A stretch of DNA of 64,000 nt from Sminthopsis crassicaudata (taxonomy: Eukaryota). Positions 26,162 through 36,516 of this stretch are shown one piece after another. Made by a program: the position numbers and the translations under genes. Below the pieces are notes generated by a model. The model was not told the origin of the DNA. It saw nothing but the letters and a program-made list of their open reading frames with translations, and did not search any database. Positions within the stretch are counted from its first letter, which is position 1, and each line of letters opens with the position of its first letter. The stretch lies in contig NC_133620.1 of assembly GCF_048593235.1 (NCBI RefSeq), positions 440,849,261 through 440,913,260 on the forward strand, read 5' to 3'.

Positions 26162-27249
26162 ACACAATAAAGTAAATCTTTAATTCCTTCTTATTCTATC
26201 TAGGGGTGGAGGGTGGGGAGGAGGAGGCACCGAGGCAAATAGAGAGAGGCTGAAAACTGTATAAACAGGTTTTTATTTCCCTCTGATTCTGTATTCTTCC
26301 TTCTTTGTATTTTGCCAACCTTCCTGGTCATCTCCCCGTGCCTTTTTTTTTCTCCTCCCTATCTCTCCCTCTGTCTCTGTCTCTTTATGTCAGTCTCTTT
26401 CTCTCTGCCACCTGCCCTGTCTCCATGGTTACCATGACTCCCATCTGTGCTGTTTGGGAATTAGTATGTGTCCAGCTGGGAGGTAGCATGGAAAGTGGGG
26501 GGTTTGGGAAGGATCTATAGGACTTGGAGAGATTCACATGGTCCCTAGAACAACTAGGGAACAGGGCTGGCAGTAATAAAAAAAAAAATCAGACATTCAA
26601 GGACTGAATATTGAGGGGGAGGCGCTCAAATTCCCCCTTAGGAGTCCACTATTATTCTCACTCCCCAGACAAGTCATTTTTAGGTTTAACTTCCTGTTTT
26701 AATCTGAGATCTATTATTCATTATTCACAGAGAAGGTTAATGGTAGGGACCCTCTCGTCCTTAGAGTAGTTCCTCACACATGTCCAGAAGATTCTAGCAA
26801 GAGAGCGGGGACGAGAGCCTGGGAATCCGAGCGTCCAGTCTGTTGCCACACCAGTCTTGGTTTCCTGATCTTCCGCCTCTTGCCAGCTCTCACCGACTCT
26901 GCAGCAACCCACAGAGAGGTATTTTTAGCAAGGAAGTGAGGGGGGAGGATTCATTGCGTGCAGAATTTAGAGAAAGAAGGGTGCTACATGGGGAAAGGAG
27001 TAGGGCGGGAGGCGGGACATTCTGCAGCAGCCGGCAGAGAAAGACTGAGCCTTGAAGGGCTGATTTCTGGGGGACTCCGTGGGGAGGCCCGCCCTGCGGG
27101 AGCGCTTTAATGATATTAGGGCAACTCTCTACGGTTTCAGAGCCCTCACATTCTGGAGCTGCATACCAAAATAACCTGACCCCAGCTCCCCAATCTTCTC
27201 AGCGTTCTCAATGTCCCCGGATTCCCGAAGCCCACACAGATCTATTACT

Positions 27250-27427
27250 ACTCGCGGCCCTACCTCCTCATCTGCATGTGTGCGGACGCCCCGCCCGGCT
27301 CCTCTTCCATTGGTTCGGAGAAGTCACCAATGGGGAAGGCACAGAGGTGGGCCTAGAACCCAGCGGACCGGCTGACCGGACGCAGGCTTGGCGGCTGCGT
27401 GGGTACCGCGTGGGGGAGGGGCTCCAG
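27250..27427 (+). promoter_or_regulatory. POLR3GL: POLR3GL CpG-island promoter and probable non-coding exon 1
   Basis: Opposed CCAAT boxes (ATTGG about 27309, CCAAT about 27328), GC boxes, and a consensus donor CAG|GTAAGA at 27427/27428. Confidence 0.7.
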
Positions 27428-27652
27428 GTAAGAACGGAACCGAGACTCCGCGGTACCCGGGTCCGCCGTTCGGTATATTTCATCCTCGGGCCGACTCGCG
27501 GGCTCTGGGTCACAGGGAGGGCCGGAGCAAACGCGGGTCAGTTTCCTCCAGCTTCGCGACGGGCCCCCTGCTAAGCTCCCTCTCTGTGTCTGTATGTGGG
27601 TCTGTGTGTTTGCGCGCGCGCGGGTGAGCTGGGTGTTGCGGATGGAGAAAAA

Positions 27653-27692
27653 ATGCGTGCGCGCGTGTGTGTGTATGCATGCGTGTGCGCGT
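27653..27692. repeat. 40-bp perfect alternating purine-pyrimidine tract (Z-DNA-prone)
   Basis: atgcgtgcgcgcgtgtgtgtgtatgcatgcgtgtgcgcgt; a (GC)5G run also lies at 27612-27622. Confidence 0.85.
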
Positions 27693-29375
27693 TTGGACAG
27701 AGACACCCAGGAGGTTTGCCCTCTTTCTTTTGCCCACTCGAGGAGTCGTATTGTGTCGTGAATTTAGAGCTGAATTCAGACTTTAGTAAACCTCCACATT
27801 TTACAGATGAGTAAACTGAGGCAGAGCCCACAGATGTTAAGTGACTTTACCAAGCCACGCAGAGTTAGGATTTGAACTCCTGTTACATGACACCAGATTC
27901 AGGACTCTCCCTCTCCATCACGGAGCCCTCCCCCGCTGCCTTGGCAACGTGGACTTCCCTCATCCCCTTATTTTGAAAGAGAATTGACCACACCATGGAC
28001 TAACCTAATAATAGATCATGTGGTAACACACACTGAAACTGTCGGGATTTCACAGAAGAGGAAACTGAAAGTGAAAGGCAAGTCCCGCAACTCTGGCCCG
28101 TTATGTGCCTAACACTGTGTCAGGTACAGGCTTTCCGAAGAATCCGGACCTTCGGGGCTTTGGATTGAAATGCATGAGACAATTAAAAGCCATTAGACCT
28201 TTAAAGACAGCTATAATCAAGAACGTCCTTTGTCATTCAGATAAAGATGGTGCAGGCTGTGGTAAGAGGTTATTAAAACTAGGGAATAAGGAGAAATCAG
28301 TTTGGAAAGGTGAGATCATGGGAGTCCTTAACTGAGTTAAGAATGAACACTTTAGGGCAAAGGCCCAAGAGAACCCTTCCTGTTGCTGCCTGAACCACAT
28401 TAAAATGTAATTGGGAAATATTTAAGAAAAAATAAAAAGACAGTAGAACATAGATAATTTAATTTGTGGTTTTCTACATCAATATGTATCTTGTAGAGGG
28501 ATTAGATGGTTTAGTGCTCCCATTTATAGTTAATTTTGACACGAATGCTCTAAGACTACCTAATTGTAGAATAATTACAGGTTTGCGTTGGAAAAGGGAA
28601 TTTCTTCACCAGGAGGCTCTTACCCTGCTGAAATTGAAGGTCTAGAAGAAGCCCTTCCCACCAAATCAAGCAGCCGGGTGATCATAATCACCAATGATAG
28701 CCAAATTTAAGGAGCCTTTGAGGTTGGTTATCTCACAGTCTGTATAAGGCCAAAAAGAAACCCAGAGAGGAGACAGGATCTGAATTCTGACTGCTACTAC
28801 CTGGGTGACTTCCAACAAGTTACTTCATGAGCCTCAGTTTCCTCATCTGTAAAATGAAGGGAGAGAGGATGGATTTGTTAGCTTCTCTGGTCATTTCTTG
28901 CTCCAAAGCATCTATTCTATGAAGGGAATTGCCTGGTTAGTAAGAATCAAAGCTAGAATCTTAAGAACGATCCACAAATTGAAGATTGGAAGCAAAGATA
29001 CCCAGTTATAAGACTACCAACAGTAACTCAGACCTAAGATGCTAAGGGCTTCAATAAAGATGGTAGGAGGAGGTAGAGGCTGAAGAAATATTATAAAATG
29101 TGAACGATAATAATAAGTTGGATATAGAAGGCAAGGGGAAGAGAGAGATGAAAGATCACAGTGATGTTATATGAAAATTAATTTTTTATTGGTTTTTGGA
29201 ATACAGCAAAAAAAAAAAAAAAAAAGCATTGAGGAAAAAGCCAATGGAAGGAGGGCCTGGAACAACAGGCATTAGCTTAAGAGGGGGATTTCATCTCAGG
29301 CTCACAGTGGCTCTTTCTGTTTCTCTTTTTCAGGATTTTTCCATCTCATTTCTCTACAGCCAGGCCCCCCCTACC

Positions 29376-32300
29376 ATGGCCAGCCGGGGTGGGGGCCGAG
29401 GCCGGGGCCGGGGTCGTGGTCAGCTCACCTTCAATATGGAGGCTGTGGGCATTGGGAAAGGGGATGCCCTGCCCCCTCCCACCCTGAAGCCCTCCCCACT
29501 CTTTCCTGTAAGTGTTATATTCCACCAAGACTGTCACTCTATCCTGGCAGTAATCAGCTGTTCTTTCTTATAACTGCCCACAGAAAATCACAGAATCCTA
29601 GCAGTTGGTTGAGCACCCCCCCCCCTGAAATTTTCATGCTCTTTCCCTACATGTTCTCCAGGGAAGAAAATACCACATCATATCTTGCTATGTTCTTAGA
29701 CTCCCCCACTTTTTAGTGTGCCTTCTGTTGTAGTCCCGGCCCCTCACCTTTCAACATTACAGACACAGAGACATTTACATACACCCACCCACAGTCCTCT
29801 CCTCCTTTGTTTTATATTGAGACCCTTCAAACCCCACTATCCCTTCCCATTCCGAAGCGCTATCTAGTTCTCCCCAGCCCTAACCATGCTGACCCTGCCC
29901 ATCCTGCTCTACCAGCCCCTGGAATTCCGTCCAGTCCCTCTGCCCTCGGGAGAAGAAGGTGAGTATGTTCTGGCACTGAAACAGGAGCTACGTGGGGCTA
30001 TGAGGCAGCTTCCCTACTTCATTCGTCCAGCCGCACCTAAGAGAGGTCAGTTGGAATTTCACTTTTCTATCTTGAGTAGTTCCAGTATATATAGCAGCTC
30101 TCCAATGAGGCCCTGGGTGGAGAGACAAAGGAAAGAGACAAATATAAACAAAGGAAATAAATTCATATGTACACATATGCGTAAAACATATCTACACACA
30201 TGTATGTTTGTATCTGTACATATATGCATGAAACATTTATTTAATGCACATGTGTGTATGTTTGTATCTATAGTGTCTTAAATATATATGTGAAACATTA
30301 TATACATACACACGTGTATATACTTGTATCTCTAGTATTTTTTTTACGCTCACATTTGTATGAGAATGATGCATTTTGTAGCCTTGAAGACTTCACAATA
30401 TACAGGTGAATAAAAAATAGTCTTTGTTCTTGGATACCCACAGGCTAATGAAAGAAAAGTCCCACATACATAGGAAACAAATTTAAGACCATTTTACAAA
30501 GTTCGATGCTTGGTTATCCACAGACATGGAGAAGAAAAGAGACATGGCTAAGTCAAAATGGCAGCTAATCCATAATCTTCCTTCGGGCAGTTATATTTTT
30601 TACAGCAGATTTCCTTTTTTAATTATATTGTAGGCTGATAATAAATGTAGCTCAAGCCCTCTGAGCACATACAAAATGATAATGTAGAGAGAGCAGCCAG
30701 AACAGTGCTGGGTGGGGCAGGCTGACTCCAAACAGAGATCCAAAATTAGCCATTAATCAATTGGGAATTGGTTACATAGATTAGAAATTGAGATATAGTG
30801 CATCTGAGAGCATGGGGGAAAGGGGCCATTAAAAACAAAAGTAGTTACTTAGAACTGAGTAGATTTGATTATTCTTGGAAGACTAGAGTTTTAAGCCAGG
30901 TTTTCTAAACAAGGAATGAGGAATTTTGGCAAGCTTGACTAGGACATTCCAGGAGATATTTGGGAATGAGTCAAGACATTAGGAACATATTAGCTGAGCT
31001 GGAGTACAGACCTATCCCTTTGTATCATGGAGTAGATCTGATCAATGTATATTTAACAAATAAATGAAAGACCAGAGTCTTTGTTGGGGGAGTGAGGAAG
31101 ATGATGCTGGTGATTTTGGAAAGTTAGTGAAAGAGCTTTTAGAGAGTATTTCTGAAGCTTTGAGTATCATCAGGATAGGGACAGAGTGCCCAGGTGCTAT
31201 GGAAACTTCCTCGCCAGGCACACCACTCCATTCAGGGGCCCTGAAGAGAAGAAGCCTCTGACTCCTGGTCTTTGATCCTTCAGATGTGGAGCGTTATTCA
31301 GACAAATATCAGATGTCAGGGCCGATCGACAATGCGATTGATTGGAACCCTGGTATGTGATGGACTCCCACCCAATTTCTTCCTCAAAAGTCCTCAGAAA
31401 TCCCTCTCCCCCCAATTCTTTTAGACACTCCTAAGTTCTCCTTAAACCTCCCAGACGTACAGATACTTCCCTGAAAACTCTTTAGCTAGCTGAACCCCTC
31501 ATATTCCCAGAACCTTGTGGGACATATCTCCTCTTCTGTCTAGCTGATCCTAGTGCCCTCCTCTCAGCTATTTTAAGAGGAGAAGGCCCAAGCCTGGGGT
31601 CCACTGACCTTTGTTTCCCTATCCCTTCCCCTAGATTGGAGGCGTCTTCCCAGAGAGCTCAAGATTCGAGTTCGAAAATTACAGAAAGAACGTGAGTGTT
31701 ATCAGCTGAATGGGAAGGGGAGCAAGTGTTCTCCTCCAGTCTCCCGCAGGCTTCTGGGGAGCCTAGAAATGGCTCTCCCTCCCTCTGTCCCATAGTCTAT
31801 CATATTGACCACTCAGGGGCAGCAGAGTTCCATAGTGGCTGTCTGGCCGGAGCTGGAAGGTGATTCCGTTTGTTGGTCCTTTCTTTCCTTCCTGCTCTTC
31901 CCCCTCCAGGGACAACAATCCTGATCCCCAAGAGGATCCCTAAAACCCCAGCTGAGAAAGAAGAAACCATTCAAAAACTGGAGGTGAAGTATATGTGTGT
32001 ATGTTGGGAGGGCGGTGCTGGAGTGGGGAAAAACACAAGGAATAGGAAAGGAGGAAAAAGGATGAACCCAGCTAGTTCTCTGCTCCAGTCCCTCCTGCTT
32101 GCCCTGTTCATACCTTGATTTTGCCTTTTGGGGGCTGGGCCTGAGTCTCCCTCTTATTCCCCCTTATCTATCTCTTCCCCCAAAAGACCTTGGAAAAGAA
32201 AGAAGAAGAAGTGACTTCAGAAGAGGAAGAGGAGAAAGAAGAGGAGGAGGAGAAGGAAGATGAAGAGGAGGAGGAATATGATGAAGAAGAGCATGAGGAG

Positions 32301-32732
32301 GTGAGAGAAAATCACTCTTCATCCAAATCCCTTTTCTTTCCCCACCAGGGGTCTCAAATTGCTTCAGAGGGATACGGGGGAGGGAAGAATTAAGTCATTT
32401 GGAAGGAATGAGGCTGAAGTAATATAATAATATCTAACATACATATTAATACAATATAATTATATACAATATATAATAATTAATATAATGAATTTAAATA
32501 ATAAAATAATATAAAATGCTCTGTTATCCCATGATTTTTTTTCTAATAAGTGACAGTGACTGGCTTCTATGAACCCAAAATCTCAGATAAGAGTGGCAAA
32601 AGTCCTTTTCATTCTTCCCTTTTACCTTTTCTCTGCTCCTTTCAGGAGACAGACTATATCATGTCATATTTTGATAATGGAGAAGACTTCGGGGGTGACA
32701 GCGATGACAACATGGATGAAGCAATTTATTGA
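29376..32732 (+). CDS. POLR3GL: RNA polymerase III subunit RPC7-like (RPC32-beta), 7 coding exons, 220 aa
   Basis: Exons 29376-29507, 29916-30045, 31284-31352, 31635-31691, 31910-31983, 32187-32300, 32646-32732 (663 nt, GT-AG). MASRGGGRGRGRGRGQLTFNMEAVGIGKGDALPPPTLKPSPLFP/PLEFRPVPLPSGEEGEYVLALKQELRGAMRQLPYFIRPAAPKR/DVERYSDKYQMSGPIDNAIDWNP/DWRRLPRELKIRVRKLQKE/RTTILIPKR...QKLE/TLEKKEEEV(acidic tract)/ETDYIMSYFDNGEDFGGDSDDNMDEAIY*. Confidence 0.98.
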
Positions 32733-33140
32733 AGAACAATCTTGGATAAAACTCCCACTGCCCCGACTTTCTCAAGCCCTAGGGATTGAGAAGCTGTTCT
32801 AGCCATCTGTGATTATGGGCACACCATCTTTCCAAACCCAGCCAGGATCAAGACGCTGCATTATCTCCTTGAGGGGAGGAATAGGGGCCTAGTAGCTCTG
32901 GATAGCTCTCCTCCCCCAATTATGGTGGCTGGACTTTACCTCTTGCTTTGGAGAAGAGGTAAAGGACTGGATTTTTTAATATTTTATACTTTGAGGAAAA
33001 GGAGAGTGGGAAGAATCAGTACAAGTTACAACTGCCTCCCTTTCCCCTGCCTACCTGTTCCTACCCTGAATAATTTTCTCTTTTTTGGAGAAAACTGGGG
33101 GTTGGGAAAAATAGGGATAAGGCCAGTTTTATGGTTTTTA

Positions 33141-33146
33141 AATAAA
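33141..33146 (+). terminator. POLR3GL: POLR3GL polyadenylation signal AATAAA
   Basis: Canonical hexamer about 410 nt after the stop, followed by a GU/U-rich stretch. Confidence 0.75.
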
Positions 33147-33699
33147 GTTTTGTTCTCTATATTTGCCTTTTGTATTCCAGAAAAAAAGAGGAGGTGGGAG
33201 GGAGGATCATTGGTTAAGCCCCCATCACTGTCCCACCATATGTTATGGTGAGACATCTATCTTCACTCTCCCCCTCACTAGCCCCTCTACTTCCTCCCTT
33301 CCACCAAAGTGAGATCCAAATCTCTACTCATCCACCCCCAAAGAGCGCATTATTTTGGAGATGCAAAAACATCCCCAGTGAAAAAACAGAGATTACACTG
33401 GCTCTTGGACTCCCCCTTCCCCAGGAGAATCTGAAAGAGAAAGCCAGCCTTTCCTTTTCCACACTTGCATTTGATTTCATAGCTTCTTTGGGAGAGGGGA
33501 GGAGGAAGGAAAGGTGGGGCCCTAAGAATGGAGACCTTTCTCTCCAATTCCTGGGGAAACCCTTCCAAAGCTGGTTTAAGTGTTATTCCCACGACGTAGG
33601 AGGTGAGAGTTTAGGGACTTCCCATCCGTTAGCCTATTCTTTCTCCATCCCCACACCCCTTCTTTTCACCTTTTGTAACCGGGGAGGGGAGTGGCAAGG

Positions 33700-33900
33700 G
33701 TATTCACGAGAGCGCCTTGGAGATCCGCTCACTGCCCACGAGGCTCACCCCCCCACCCGAGGGGGGTGAGTCATTTCCTCAGAGTCTTGATTGGCTCAAG
33801 AGGGAGTCCCGAGTTATTTTATTGGTTGGGGCAGCTGGACACGCAGCAGCCACGGGCTGCTAGCGTGACCGGCTGGGGGACTGAAACTGAAACAGATCTG
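33700..33900. promoter_or_regulatory. Candidate enhancer or promoter module (AP-1/ETS, two CCAAT boxes, ChoRE-like element, ISRE)
   Basis: Locally CpG-retaining unique sequence. TGAGTCATTTCCT 33767-33779, ATTGG 33790-33794 and 33821-33825, CACGCA-n5-CACGGG-n5-AGCGTG 33840-33867, GAAACTGAAAC 33883-33893. Confidence 0.55.
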
Positions 33901-34671
33901 GAAAGAGAGAGATAAAATAGACAGCAATCCCACTGAGCCTACAAATCCTGAAAAGGGAGTTTGGGGGAGACGGAGATTTCACCCATGGTGTTAGGGCTGA
34001 GGCCCAGGGCCGCTAAAGACAGGCAGATTTGTGTATCACTTATTTGGGGCTTAAGAGGGCTAGGAGGGGAATTCTGTGACTGGGGATCAGGAGGCCTGAG
34101 ACTGGAGGCGAGGCTGAAAGTTCCTTATTGGGGAGTTCCAGAAACTTCTCAGGGCAGACACAAAAGTGAGTGTGGAATAGGGAGAGAGGGGAAGCGAAGA
34201 AAGAAACAGGAACCGAAAGTGGGCACTCAGGAGCCAGTGGGCGGTTGGGATTAGGACTCAGAGCTTTTGGGATGACCTTTCTATCTCTTTCACTCTTAGT
34301 ACTTCTCTCTCCCATAGGGGAAGGGAAGGGAATAGGCTTTCAGACCAGCTGCAGTCATCTTGATCCTCTCTGGGCCTGTGACTTTGCACAGCCTCTCCCT
34401 CACTTCAATCTGATTCACTAGCATGGCATAGCATGACCTCTCTGCTGTCACGGTCCTCCTTGAGAATAGAGGACAAACAACCACTGCTTGGGAATAGGCT
34501 TTTATATGACACTACTGTGTTGGAATAGACATTTATATAGCACCTACTGCATGGGAATAGTGATATTCCCTTGCTCCTTACCACTGCCACCTACAATCCT
34601 TTGTTTCTTTCAAAGCTCAGCTCTAACACCACCTCCTCCAGGGGGTCTTCCCTGATCCCGGAAGCTGCTGG

Positions 34672-35210
34672 TGTAATAGTAGAGAAACTGAGGCAAAATA
34701 GAGATTAGAGAGTTTTTAATATTTTGTTCGAGAGAGAGAGAGATTGGGCTGGGGGCAAAACAGGATTCATGTTACCCCCAGTGGCTGAATTGGACTCTTG
34801 TCTCAAAGCATCCAGCAGCATTCCAAGGATTCTTATAGTGCACCAGTGATCAGGGGAACAAAGCAGGGGGGGTGGGATGAGCACTAGTGAGTGGGAACTT
34901 CCAGGAATGGACCATAAATTAGGTTCTGACAGGTTGGGGGTAAGGACGGATCATAAATTCTGATAAGTTGGGAGGGCCAGGAGCCACTCAGTCTGAGATA
35001 GGAGATATCCCCCCATCTGAGATTAAGCATCTTCAATTTATGGCTTTATGGAATGCTAATGGTCAGGCCTCTCAGCCCTAATTTATATCAGTTCTAATGG
35101 TCAGGAAGAGGGCTTGCAACCAGAGGGCCTGAGACATAATTCAGGGAAACTGAAGCAGAACAATTTAGGGAAACTGGGGCAGAACAATTAAAGGAAACTG
35201 TGGTATAATA
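34672..35210 (-). mobile_element. Solo ERV LTR (about 540 bp) inserted into an L2 relic
   Basis: Starts TGTAATAG and ends ...GGTATAATA. Flanks CTGG (34668-34671) and CTAG (35211-35214) fit a 4-bp TSD with one mismatch. 24-bp tandem repeats (agggaaactg..gcagaacaatt.) at 35143-35200. L2-like sequence continues on both sides. Confidence 0.6.
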
Positions 35211-35509
35211 CTAGTAATCCTTCAGAAAATCCTTACTTTAAATGTATTTTAAATACTTTTGCTTGTATAAAGAGACAGAATGAGGTGTGATAAATACACA
35301 GAAAATCTCTTTCTAAAGACTTGGATGCTGAGGTTCATAGAATCATGGACCAAGATCTACAAGGGCTCTCAGTGACTCTCTAGTCCAGTCCCCTCACTCC
35401 ACAAATGAGAAAACTGAGTCTCAATATGATTAAGTGGCTTAGTCAGGATTAACACTCAGACCTCCACTCCAGGTTCACAGATCTTTCTATTACATCGTCC
35501 CATCTCACA

Positions 35510-36350
35510 AACAGATTGTCATTTTTGAATAGCTCTTATTATTAGGAAATTTGTCCTTCTGTGGAGCTAATATTGGCCTCTAGGCAGCTTTTAACCAATA
35601 CACCTAGTTATGTTTTCTTCTGTTAAACAAAACAAACCTAATTCTCCTTTTCATCAAATAGAAAATGCATACAGCTTCTGGCTCTGACCTTGAGCAAGCT
35701 CCTCTCCAAGACTAAATTGTTGAGTCTTTGCCAGTCTTCACCCATACATGGAGTTTTCAATGCCAGTGTAATCACAGGTCTGGTTCAACAAGAACAAAAA
35801 CTTTCTTGTACAGTCCACTTTGCACCTGTCCTGCCTTTCACCTCCACATTCATTTTTGCCTTTATTCCAGTAAATAAAAAGTGTCTTCACTTGTATAAAG
35901 AGGGGTGATGCGGTATAATGAATAGAGAGCCGATCTTGGAGATGAAAGATCTACATTGATGTCCAGCTTCTGACAGTATCACTGTGGTAAATCATTTCGT
36001 CTTTTCAGAGATAGTCAGCTCTCTCTAAAACCACAAAGTGTTGAGAAAATGTCATGCTAGTGAATCGCAGGTTCAGTGGCTGGCACATGACAGGCACTTA
36101 CTAAGTGTTTCTTGAGTGATGATCTCAGTAACTTATGTTATTATCAATAACAAATTATGGCACATAATTGCAGTGTTCTTTCTATTGCATCATCCCAATT
36201 CACAAATAGCCTGTCATTTTTGGACAGCTCTTATTGTTAGGAAATCTATCCTTCTATACTGCCAATAATGGCTTCCCTGCACCTTTTATCCATTGTACCA
36301 AGTGTACCATGTACCACGCAACTTTTCTGTTAAGCAAAACAAATCTAAGT
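35510..36350. mobile_element. L3/CR1-like LINE relics (two similar segments at about 35515-35645 and 36211-36350)
   Basis: Both read ...tcattttt(g)gacagctcttattgttaggaaat...ttctgttaa.caaaacaaa.ctaa; related pieces lie at about 54230-54990. Confidence 0.55.
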
Positions 36351-36352
36351 CA

Positions 36353-36516
36353 CCTTTGATATCAAACTCAAAATCCCCAAATAAGATTCTCTGCAGGCTG
36401 CATATCAACTTCATTTTAAAATGCAATGTTTTCTATGTTTTCTTGCATTTTTATTTATTTTGTTAAATATTTCCCACTTACATCTTAATCCACAGGCCCT
36501 GTCTTTGACACCTCTG
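36353..36516. mobile_element. Non-autonomous hAT/Charlie-like DNA transposon relic
   Basis: Ends ...tatcaaactca and ...tttgacacctctg resemble the CAGRGGTGTCAAAC-type terminal inverted repeats; AT-rich interior. Confidence 0.5.

Noticed and set aside
35143-35200. 24-bp tandem repeats resembling a spacer array
   Set aside because: Only about 2.4 adjacent copies with no unique spacers, inside an LTR U3 region; eukaryotic context, not CRISPR.
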